DNA from: Isurus oxyrinchus
Taxonomy: Eukaryota
Direction: 5' to 3'
Assembly (NCBI GenBank): GCA_026770705.1
Contig: JANJGN010000017.1
Span: 64,976,001 to 65,040,000, forward strand
DNA: 64,000 nucleotides
Below, in pieces: positions 51,452 to 61,911 of the stretch (position 1 is its first letter; each line of letters starts with the position of its first letter). Below the pieces are notes generated by a model. That model searched no databases. It worked only from the letters and a program-made list of their open reading frames with translations, and had not been told where the DNA came from. The position numbers were made by a program, and so were the translations under genes.

Positions 51452-52053
51452 TGCCAGATAATGCAAGATCAGCTCTGCTCCATAACTTGCTGGCTTTTCC
51501 AGCACATCTCTCATCACATGCCAAGACTACTGAGATACCAGCAGCCAATGAAGAGATTCCTGCTGCCCTGTGTGTGTGTCAGGCATTTTCACAGCATTTT
51601 CGCACCAAGCATGGCAAAGCATAGAGAGGGCACTGATGCCCAGGTGAGCAAAGGACAGGGAGTGTCCATGATTTTTAATTTAAGGTGAACTTCCCCTTCA
51701 AAACCTGTGCCCAATGAGTATTGCGTTTGCTGCAGCGCCATTCAGTGACAACTGCTGGGGTAGGTGTCTATTTTAAATGAACACTGGGGCTCTAATACAC
51801 AAATTATGCACTAGCTGTTTTAAGAGGAATCTGCTGTCTTACACTCTATTATACTTTATACTTCTTTATACTCTATTTATACTTGATTATTTAATGTAAC
51901 ATTTATCAACTGAATTTCCTATCCATGTCACACATAGAGGGAAACCTACTTCTCATCAGAAAATTTCATGCAGCTGATTGTCACATATACAAATTTTCAT
52001 AATAAACAAAAGCACCAATCCTCAAAGTCCTTCCGTGTTGTGCCAGGTACTGA

Positions 52054-52183
52054 GGCAGGGATTTTCCGGGCCCCATCATGGGCAGGACCTGCTGCGGGCA
52101 AGGCGGCGCCCCAGCCAGAAGTCCAAAGACTTGCAGTAGGACCGGATGATCCCGTCGGTGGGAGGCTGTGGAAAATCCCACCC
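52054..52183. mobile_element. Harbinger-type MITE (130 bp)
   Basis: TIR ggcagggattttcc / ggaaaatcccaccc. TSD TGA. Related to 5375-5503. Confidence 0.85.
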
Positions 52184-52371
52184 TGAGGCTCCAATTTCCG
52201 CCACTGTCACGTCAAAAACTTGGCAAATACATGATACCATTTCATCCGCTTTATGCAATTAAAGCATGTGATTGCCTGACATTGAATTATCAAGAGGAAA
52301 ACTTGTCTAATGACCCCCTTCTGCTGCTTCCTTCTGAATTGTTTTCTTTGTTGCCACAATATGAATGGTCA

Positions 52372-52477
52372 CTGAAACAAAAACAGAAAGTGCTGGAAAA
52401 ACCCAGCAGGTCTGACAGCATCTGTGGAGAGAAAGGCAGAGTTAACGTTTCGAGCCCGTATGGCTCTTCTTCAGGGC
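52372..52477 (-). ncRNA. Penelope terminal repeat with a minimal hammerhead ribozyme core (52443-52474)
   Basis: Minus strand CUGAAGA-A-GAGCC-AUACG-GGCUC-GAAAC-GUU-AAC. Confidence 0.6.
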
Positions 52478-53022
52478 TGAATGGTCACTATTCCTTTTAT
52501 CACACAGAATAAACACATCAGGTTTCATGTATTTTGAAAGACTAGAAATGAGGAGGTAAATTCATCTTTTAGAAAGGTCAAAGATGTACATCCCTGTTTA
52601 CCTGGGAGTTATATCACAGGAGTGTGAGTGTGGATGCATGAGAACAAGTGTATATATAATATTGAACACTTGATACTAGAGTTGTTGCATTTACTCATGA
52701 TAGATATGGGACACAAAAGTGCCAGCCAGCTTTGTGTGAGAGGATGGGCTTGAGTTCTTGAAAAAAACTGATGGTTTGAGTTCAGACATTTGAAAATCTC
52801 ACTGAAAATTAACTTGAAACATATAGGTGACTATGCCTGGCCCCCCTTTGCACTTTAAGATCTCAAAAGACCAGGTCTTAGATACAAAGAACACACACAG
52901 ACCATCTGTTGATTTGCAGTGTACTTGCTTTAGAAACTCTAAGTACCATTGTTTTGTGTAAAATGGAAAAAATTATATTTTTAGCAAATTTATAACAAAG
53001 GACATTTGTTTCTTTTTTCCAG

Positions 53023-53089
53023 ATGGTTTGAAGGTTTTAACTGGGAAGGATTAAGGAAAGGTACTTTAACACCTCCAATCGTATCTAGT
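53023..53089 (+). CDS. PRKG1: PRKG1 coding exon (start of AGC C-tail)
   Basis: ttccag|A TGG...TCT AGT|gtaagt. [22 protein letters not shown]. 67 nt. Confidence 0.97.
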
Positions 53090-53547
53090 GTAAGTATACA
53101 ACCAAGGTCTCCTTGTGGAATTGTGATACCTGTGATACCTCTAAATGTTACTGTTAAACATTTTATTAAATGGGATTCTCCAGAGCTTTAAGCAGTTATT
53201 TGGCAGGTAGTAGCTATGGTGACGTGACTTTGAGGGTGTTTCTAAATAAGGGGTTCAGGTGTAACCAACAAACACATAAGAGCAAAAGACTCAGGCCCAA
53301 GATTAGGTCACTCTCATTAAGTCACTCCACCATGTCAGCTTTGTTTGGTTTAAAAACTCAAGGGATTTTTCTCTCCACTGATAGCAAGTTCTTTGCAGAG
53401 AATTACTGATTGTGATGACAGTTTTCTGAGAAATAATCTGAAGTTGCTGGCAATTACTCCCATCTAATAATCATGATTAAGGCCCTTTCTCTGTTAACAT
53501 TCTCCAAAGCTGACTAGCATTTGTACAGCCAAATTTGTAGCTTTCCA

Positions 53548-53945
53548 CTTGGCTGATTTGGTAGCATTCTCATCTCCAAGTTAGAAGGTCAGCCTGTCAA
53601 GTCCCATGCCTGAACATAAATACACTGCTTGGACTGATGCTTCAGTGCTGTGTGTATCTAGTGGTTCTGTCCTAAAGTTGACATACTCAGCTGAGGCTCC
53701 TTCTGATCGTTCACTTGCATGGCACTATTTCAAGAATATCAATCAAGAGTTCTCTCAGTGATCTGTCCAACATTGCCCCCCTCAACCAAAAATTGATTAG
53801 CTCTTTGTTCATCTATTTTTCTGTGTGTGGGAACATGACTGCTATATTTATCCATCTAACAACAATAACTAATTGGATGTGAAGTGATTTGAGACACCCT
53901 GCCAGGCAATGATAAGGCGTTCCACAAAGCCAAGCTGTTTCTTTC
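53548..53945 (+). mobile_element. Deu-domain SINE (diverged)
   Basis: catggcactatttcaagaa..gagttctctcagtg..ccaacattgcccccctcaacca. Confidence 0.65.
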
Positions 53946-53981
53946 TCTCCTTATATTTGAGGCTAGGATCTAATTAAAGTC

Positions 53982-54292
53982 AAAGCAAGAGCAAAACACT
54001 GCAGATGTTGAAAATACTCAGCAGGCCTGTCAGCATCTGTGGAGGGAGAAACAGAGTTAACATTTCAAATCATTGACTCTTTATCAGACCTAGGAGTGTG
54101 GACGGAAGCTCAGGGTCATACTTCCAGATTGAACAAACGTGTTCAAAGTGGTCACTCAATCTGCATTTGGCCTTCTCGGTGTGGAGGAGACCACATTGTG
54201 AGCAATGAGTACCGTATACTAAACTGAAAGAAGTACCTTTAAATGCTGGAAGGCCTGTTTGGGGCCTTGGACAGTGAGAAGGGAGGAGGTAA
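53982..54292 (-). mobile_element. Penelope remnant: GIY-YIG endonuclease fragment plus terminal repeat
   Basis: Minus strand VQGPKQAFQ..TSFSLVYGTHCSQCGLLHTEKAKCRLSDHF..., resembling NLVYCIRCSRCGLLYIGETKRRLGDRF. Abuts the gcagatg..aaatactcagcagg.ctg.cagcatctg repeat. Confidence 0.75.
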
Positions 54293-55904
54293 TCTTGTAA
54301 TTGGACATTTCACGTACAATATCAGATTTTATTCTATGATACATCTACAAAAAAAATATAAAATTCAAACCTCCCACTTCCTTGTTTTCTTCAAAGAGGG
54401 AGAAATTGTGGTGCAGAAGGTGTTTAAAGTTCCCTGCAGGATGGGGGAGGGGTTGATATTCCAGGTTAGATCTATTGCTCATTCAGCTGGGGAACGGGGT
54501 CTGTATCTGTGGGCTTTAATCCATCTCATCTCGGTTCTGATGCTGGCAGTCTGTAATGTCGTTTCTAATCTTATTTCCGACCTATGCAGTTCTGTCCTGT
54601 GTTCTTCTTTACCTCTTTCCAAGCTTTTCTGCCGCCGTGTTGTCATGCTCTTTCATTTTGTATGGGTTTTTATTGAGATGATCTTTTTGTTTCCAGCTTT
54701 TCAGAGGAAAAAAAACCTTTGAGCATCCACCCTTCTCTGAGATAGCCCTTAATTTTTTGCAGCACGAGAAACACTATCTTCTTCCACGCCTTTGTTTTCG
54801 GTAAAGGTTTTACCTATCTTCCAGTTTTCAGATGAAACCTACACACACACATCGTGAGCCAGCACTCTTACTTTACAGATACTGCTGGGTCCCCATTTCT
54901 GAATGCCAGTTTAAAGCCATTATCACCTTTATCGTTGGCCTTTAGAAACAGTTCCTTAGCTAATATAATTTTTTTAAACTGCAAAATATTAACATGTTGG
55001 TGTGAGTTTTCAACTGTATCCATGATTTTGTGGAGGCTTGCAAGTGACCTGACTCACCCGGGGTTGGCGGGGGAAGGGCAGGAGGATGTGGTGGAGCTGG
55101 TTGATAGGCTTAGCTTCCAGTTGGGCAGAGAGCAGGCTGCCAGACCAGGCACCCACCAGGGAGGTTGGGGGGGGTGAGGTGGGGGGGGGGGGGGGGGGGG
55201 GGGGGGTCTCTGATTGGGTAGGACGGGAGGGGGTGGCTGATTAGAGGTGCCCAATTTGGGATGCCAGTGAGCTAGAGGTGGGGGAGTTGGGATGGGGGAG
55301 CGGGTCCAGTACTAGGGAATCAGGTCCCATTATCTGCTGAGTGCAGTGGTTGGAAGCCTCTGGGGGGAATTCTGAGGCCTTGGGGTAAGATCGAAAGCCT
55401 GATGGGGGAGGTTGAAGGTCTCAGGGAGAGGAGGTTGGGGAGGGGAAAGAATTGGAGACCTTAATGAGGGGGGAGGACAGAGGCCTGTAGGCAGGAAGAG
55501 ATTGGAAGGGTCTGGCAATGGCTGATCACGAGGTGGGGAGGTGGTTTGATCAGGCAGCCATGTTGAATTTAGCTGACAGGTGGAAAAGCACTTACCTCCT
55601 GATCCAGCAATTCCTCAGTTAGGCTTAGCTAGCACACGTTCCCTCGAGGCACACAAAACCCAGCTGTCCACAGTTAAATTACAAAGAGTGAATACAAATG
55701 AGACACACAGCCTCAGTGTAATATTTAAAGTGCCAACCCATCCCCTGGGAGCAGTTTGCTGGTCCACCCATCATCCCACCTCCATTAACACTGGAAGTGG
55801 GGGGGTTGAAGGTGGCTAGGGTTTTGGTTTCAGACTTTTAGGACTTCAAACCCTCACCCCTCTGACCCAAACCTGCCTGTTTTTCGAGTTAAAATTCCAC
55901 AGCT

Positions 55905-56262
55905 AATAAAGTACTTCTGAAGTGTAATTACTGTTGTAATGTGGAGAAGCAAAACAGGTAATGGCACAGCAAGATCCCATAAAATATTTTTTTAAAGTAG
56001 TGTCAGCTGGTGGTATAAATTTGGGACAGGACACTGCTAAACTTCCTTGATCTTCTTTGAAATGGTGCCATGGGATCTTCTAGATCCAGGTGAGTGAGCA
56101 GGCAGTTTAAAGGCTCATCCAAAAAATGGCTCCTCAAACAGTGCAGCACTCCCTTAGAACTACACTGCAGCCAATAGTATGGGCTCAAGTCTTTGGACTG
56201 GGCGTGAACCCCAACCTCCTGACTCAGAGATGAAAGTCCTCAAAAGAACCAAGGCTGACGCT
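55905..56262 (-). mobile_element. Deu-domain SINE
   Basis: aagtacttctgaagtgtaattactgttgtaatgtgg...tttgaaatggtgccatgggatctt...tcctgactcagag. Confidence 0.75.
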
Positions 56263-56975
56263 GAACTAGAGGGGTACATTGATATAACCCCAAACATGAC
56301 TGAAGTTGGGAGAATGGAGGATGAAATTTCAACATGCTCTTATTACAGAATCACAGAATGGTTACAGCACAGAGGGAGGCCATCTGTGCCTTTATGCCTG
56401 TGCTGGCTCTCTGAAGGAGCAATTCACTTACCTTCATCCCGGTAGCCCTGGGGCAGAAGTTTTAGCTCGGTGGGCGGGCACGTGCCCGACCTGCTTGAGC
56501 ATTAAATACAGCTCGTTGAAGTCAGCTGAGCGTGCTGGAGTCAACGTGCACTCTCGTGATATTTTGCTGGGCGGGCATGTGATGAAGACGGAGACACACC
56601 CGCCATTAATTAACTGGCCAGTTAAGGCCCTTGAGAGATCAATTGTCTCCGGGTTTACGTGGCCCATGCGATTTTTAGACCATCGCACGGGCAAAATGGG
56701 CAGGCGGGCAAGTCACAATTAGCAAAACCTCATCCACGGGCAGGATAAGAGGGGTCAGTGGCCTTGTCAAAGTGATTAGTGAGGAGTGCAGGATATCACT
56801 TGCTGCTGCTTGCTTCTGTGAACAGGACAGCTGCATCTCGTTTCAGAGCTGCATTCAGAGAACTTAGAGGCTTCAGTTCAGGACTCAGCTGTTGTTTTCC
56901 AGGCCCCCGGAGGATTCCACACCACGTGGGGCCTTCCAGGTGTCAGACAGCCTTTCCTTACCCTGGTAACAGGGA

Positions 56976-58139
56976 TTGTGCTCTCCGCTGGAGGAACCTC
57001 CTCTAAGGAGGAAGAGGGCCAGAAGGGGGAGGAGGCTAGATGTCTCAATTCAGCCTCCAGGGGGGCCACCTGTGGGAGGAGAGATGCAGGCACAAGAGGC
57101 CAAAGCGGAATCCAAGACAGGAAGGGCTGCCGAAGACGCCACTATCCTGCTGCCAGAGTTTACAGGTGGCAAATGCAGCTACCTCAATATGTCTGAGGTG
57201 CAATGCCGATGGAGGCTCCAACTGTCAAGGGAAACAGTGACCTCCACCTGTCAGAGGATCAGCCCTGAGATCAGCTCTGACTGTGTAGGTGTACACCCCA
57301 TGCCAGTGGCTCTGATGGTCACAGTGACCCTAAATTTCTATGCCTCCAGCTCTTTCCCGGGCTCCGTGGGGGATCTGTGTGGAGTCTCGCAGTCAACTGT
57401 CTACAACACTCTGTTCAGGCATGCATTGACTTTCATTCATTACCATACAGATGCGGCCAGCCAGGCAGAGCAAGCCAGAGGCTTCACGGCCATTGTTGGC
57501 TTCCCCTGCATCCAGGGTGCTATAGACTACACGCATGTGGCTATCAAGGCGCCAGCAGGTGAACCCGGTGCCTTCGTCAACAGGAAGGGATTCCACTCCA
57601 TGAACGTGCAGATACTGTGTGACCACAGGATGCAGATTCTACAAGTCTGTGCAAGTCGGTTCCCACAATGCCTACATCCTCATTCACTCCCAGGTGCCGG
57701 GCTCTTCAGTGCTCCAGCCAGACTAGATGAATGGCTGCTGGGTGACAAGGGCTATCCCTTGAAAAGGTGGCTCATGACGTCTCTCTGCCACCCAAGAACA
57801 GAGATGGAGCAGTGGTACAACAGGAGCCATACCTCCACAAGGGCGGCGGTAGAGAGAACCATCGGTCTTCTCAAGATGTGCTTCCGATGCCTGGACCATT
57901 CAGGGGGCGCATTCCAATACCCCCCAGATCATGTGTTAGTGGTTGCATGCTGTGCTCTCCACAATCTGGCACTGGCAAGGAGGGACCCAGTGGAGGAAGA
58001 AGATCTTGATGCAGCTGCACAGGCAACAGATGATGAGTCGAGTAGTGAGTCTGAGAACGAGCACAGTGAGGAGAATGCTGAGGGCATAGACGCTGACCTG
58101 GGTAACCTCCAGGGAGTCAGGACACCCAGGATGCTTTGA
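56976..58139 (+). pseudogene. Harbinger DDE transposase (HARBI1-like), probably inactive
   Basis: IQGAIDYTHVAIKAP..FVNRKGFHSMNVQ..CD. WLLGDKGYPL. TRAAVERTIGLLK..FRCLD. ACCALHN. The second catalytic Asp segment is out of frame and mutated. Confidence 0.92.
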
Positions 58140-58471
58140 TCCAACGCTCCTTCAGCTAGGCTACCAAATAAGAATCACCACCGCATGTCAAGGCTGCAGG
58201 CTCCATACTCAATCCCTGACAGGACCATTTCCTTGATCAGCAACATACACTATGCAATAAAGTTTCAGGAGACACACATTCATCATTACATGATAACCTA
58301 CACTGCACCTACAGAACAAATGAAGCATACAAAGGCCAGTTGCACAAAATAACATCTCATTTACTTGTGAATGTGAAACATTGCAGAATTCAACATTAAC
58401 TGGTGTTTTCCATCACAATATTTAAAAAAGGAAAAGAAAACTGGGGGAACCAAATATCACCCATGTTGTGC

Positions 58472-60270
58472 TTAAGGTACTTTAAGTTTTCCGCTTGCGG
58501 GTGCTACGTCTAAGTGCTTCCCCCTCGCTAGCACCAGCATTGGAGACAGCCTGCTCACTCTGCTGTCCTGTTGGCCTCGATGACCTTGGCGGGCATCCTC
58601 TGGCCTGTGGAGCCTATGCTGACCCGGCCTGGGAGGCGTGGCCAGTGCCACGGCTGGCATCTCCCCAGTTGCTGCAGCCTCATCAGATGTCACGGTCACT
58701 GGCAGAGGGGCGGAGGAGCTACCGTTGTCATCCGAAACGCCCTGAGAGGAGCCCGAAGAGATGACAGGCAGCTCGTGCGCCAATGTCAGGTTGCTCTGGA
58801 CCTCTCTGCTCACCATTGATGGATGGGTACCTAGCTGCCCAATCCATCTCCCACACTGACACTGACCACCTGAGGCCATTGCCTGTGTGTGGGCTTGCAG
58901 GTCCATGTGCATCCTCAAGAACCCCTGATTGAGTCCCTGGAGCAGCCTCTCCATGAGAGTCGCCACTCTCTCCATGGAGGAGGCAGTGCTCATGCTCCAC
59001 AGGGACTCCTCCACAACGGACACCATGGCACACATACCCTCATGTATCTCCGCCAGATCCTCCCACACACCCTGCTGGACTTGCAGCATCTGCTGCCTCA
59101 GGGATGACTCCAGAGGCACATCATCAGCCATTAACTGAGCATTGTCCTGGCTCCCAGCAGTCCTCCAACTGCTGGAGTCTTCGGCGCTCTCTGCCTCCGC
59201 CGGTACCTCAAATGAGTGTGAAGTGCCCTCACCAATGTGCATGATAGACTACATGGCGATGTTATGCCCACCGAGATGCTGGTATCTGTGCTGGTGCCTG
59301 CTTGACAGAGAGGGTGTGATGCTGCTGCGTGGTGAGCATGGTGGTCCTCTTGGGTCAAGAGTGGGTCTTCATGCTCCTCACAGCGAGGGGCTGCTGGTGA
59401 GCCTAAAAGGGAGAAGGACATGTCATTAGTTTAAGTCATGAAGCTGTCACTATGCATGCCAGGCACCCTGATGAGACAGAGATATGCATCATGGTGCCCT
59501 CGTCTTTCGATTATCTATGGGGATTCCAGGTTCAAGGCTCACATCAATATACAGACTACACTGGAATGGTTACAGTAGCTGACATTCTCACCTCAGTGCA
59601 CTGCACACTTACCTTCCTCTGACACCCCAACCTCACTGCGGCTGCTTGGCCGAGGTGCATGGCGTCTCTCCAGCTCCAGGGCCTCCTGCTCGTACTGCAT
59701 GAGGATGAGGAGGTACGGGGGGTGGGGGACATTGATATGGGATGGTTTCTCCTGAAAGAACAGAGGAGCATTGATTAGTCCCCTCTCTATCTGTAGCGTA
59801 ATTGTAGCCTGGCCAACCCCACCTGAGGAATACCTTGCAGGGCTCAGCTCATTCATGACCCTGGAGCCATAAAGCACTCAGTTCAAGCAGCCAGGGCTCA
59901 CCCCCTTAGCCAGATCCTGCCTCATTGACATTTGTCACTCACACTCTAACACCTCTGAGGTCCACAGGGGGATGGGCAGCTCGTACAAAGTGACCCCTGC
60001 CAACATGGTACTTACCCTTCCTGATCGCAGGAGATGGTTAAAGTACTTCTGGCACTGGACCCATGTGCACCTCACCATGTCGTGGCTGCTGACCCTGGAA
60101 GCCACCTCCTCCCAGGCCTTTTTGGTGAGGTGGGGAGGCTCCCTCCTCCCGTCCCTGGGGACGTGTTTCTCTCCTGACTGCCACCTCCTCCAGGAGGGCA
60201 TTGAGGCATTCATCTGAGAAATGCAGGGCCGACTGCCCCACCAGCCTGTCCTCCTGCCTGCCACGTTCAC
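58472..60270 (-). pseudogene. Harbinger Myb/SANT-like protein gene, 3 exons (~60270-60016, 59751-59613, 59402-58472)
   Basis: FSDECLNALLEEV..KKAWEEVASRVSS..RCTWVQCQKYFNHLLRSGR|gtaagt. tttcag|EK..EE|gtaagt. ttttag|exon 3 homologous to 2263-3186. Confidence 0.85.
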
Positions 60271-60902
60271 CTGCTACGATATCTATACACAGGACCTCCG
60301 CATCCTTCGGTGGCAGCCTTCCAGGGTCTGCCAAGGCCACACGTGAATCAGTCGCCAGGTCGCCATTGGACCCGATGAGCATCATGCCCCTGCCTGCCCC
60401 TTCGCGCTCATTCCCAAGCCGCGTATCACGCTGGGCGGACCTTAATTGGCCGGCCCGCTTAAAACCGCGGAGCGCTGCCGATTGTGGGCGGCGGTTAGCT
60501 TCTCGTCTGCCCCCTGCCCAGCTCCACTGACCCCCGCATGCTAAGGGCAAAATTCTGCCCCTGCATATTCTTCCTTTTCAGATAATAACCTAATACCTTC
60601 CCAAATACATCGATTGAACCTACTCCACCACACTCTCAGGCAGCACATTCCAGACGCATTCTTCTGACCCTGTCCACTTTAAGAGTAGTGTTGTCTTGCT
60701 CGTTTTATATGAGCTACAAACCCTTTAAAATGGAGCGTCAGGAGAATATGGTAACATTCATTGGCTAAGTTTGGCAGCACAAATTTTTCAGCTCCGCGAG
60801 TAGGTTTTCCAAAGAGAAGCTTTGCGCATTGGGACCACACATCAGGAATTTGAACACGCAGAGGTTAGCTTGCCCAACCTGATCCTCACCCATTAACACA
60901 AT

Positions 60903-61671
60903 GGCCCAGAGCTGCCGTGGAGTGGCAGTCATGGTCAGATTGCCACTCTGCTCTGTTTTACTTACCCATCCTGAGCCAGGTGAGAACCGCGCAGCGCAGC
61001 AGCTCCAGAGTCTCCGGAGCAGCGTGAGGGAAGCGATGCCACGCCCCCTCTTTACGTCACTAGCTGCCGTGAAGCGGTAAGTTCAAAGGTCCCAGCCATT
61101 TTGAGAAGCTGAATGTGTTAGGTCAGGGTGGTCAGGAGGAGTGGGAGTGGCGGGCTGATCTGAAGGGTAGTCAGGCCAGTGGATGGGGTAGTTGCACGGG
61201 TAATCTGGATGATGGGAGGTAGTCAGGGGATCGAGAGGAAGTTCAGGGTGTGGGGCCATAATTGGGCGTTCGGGAGGGTAATTGGGGGTGTGGGGAGAGG
61301 GGGTCAGGGTGGGGGTGGGGCATAGTTGGTGGGTCAGGAGGGTATTCAGGGGCGGTGAAAGGAAGTTGGTGGGTTGGGAGGGTAGCTGGGGGTGGGGGGT
61401 CAGTACCATAGTGACCCAGAAGTTAGAAGTGGCTTTAATCCTTCTAATCTTTCCTGGGTAACTATTCTGCTAAGAGAGTCAGAACCATCTGAAGTCACTA
61501 ATTTAAATCGGAGTTTCAGAGGGTTCCAAGTGCAGGATAATTGCCTATCAGAAGTTTGAACTTTCCAGGCAATTCCTGTGCAGTACTTGCTTGGGGACTT
61601 CTGGGGGGTCCACAGGGCACTTTTGGGGTCCCTCCAGTGTACAACCCCCCAGGGAATGGAAGTTCCAGGCC
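60903..61671. mobile_element. Probable non-autonomous DNA element (Harbinger-like ends)
   Basis: ggcccagagctgcc / ggaagttccaggcc with flanks AAT/GAT. G-rich interior. Confidence 0.45.
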
Positions 61672-61911
61672 GATGATGAGAAAATCCTGTGGAACACAAC
61701 AAATTCCCCTTACAACTGCTTGATTCATAATCCTGCTGTAGGATGCTCCACGTCAGGAGTACCAGCTTGTAAATTCTACTCCATAATGCCTAGGGTGGCT
61801 ATAAAAGACCTCATAGCACTATTTCATAGAAGAGGAGGGTAATTATTCACAGAGTCCTAAACAATATCGCTAAAACAGATTATCACATTGCTCATTGTGA
61901 GAGCTTTCTTT

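Larger units (their letters stand above)
56451..60560 (+). mobile_element. Full-length PIF/Harbinger DNA transposon, copy 2 (4110 bp)
   Basis: TIR gggcagaagtttt / aaaattctgccc. TSD CTG on both sides. Inserted in an antisense CR1 tail (56345-56450 / 60561-60680). Confidence 0.95.

Noticed and set aside
54243-55177. 159-aa and 107-aa ORFs
   Set aside because: The first starts in the antisense Penelope remnant and the second runs into a G-rich repeat. Neither has a recognisable motif.
56976-58139. Domesticated HARBI1 host gene
   Set aside because: It lies within TIRs and a TSD, has frameshifts and a lost catalytic Asp, and has a degenerate paralog at 930-1975.
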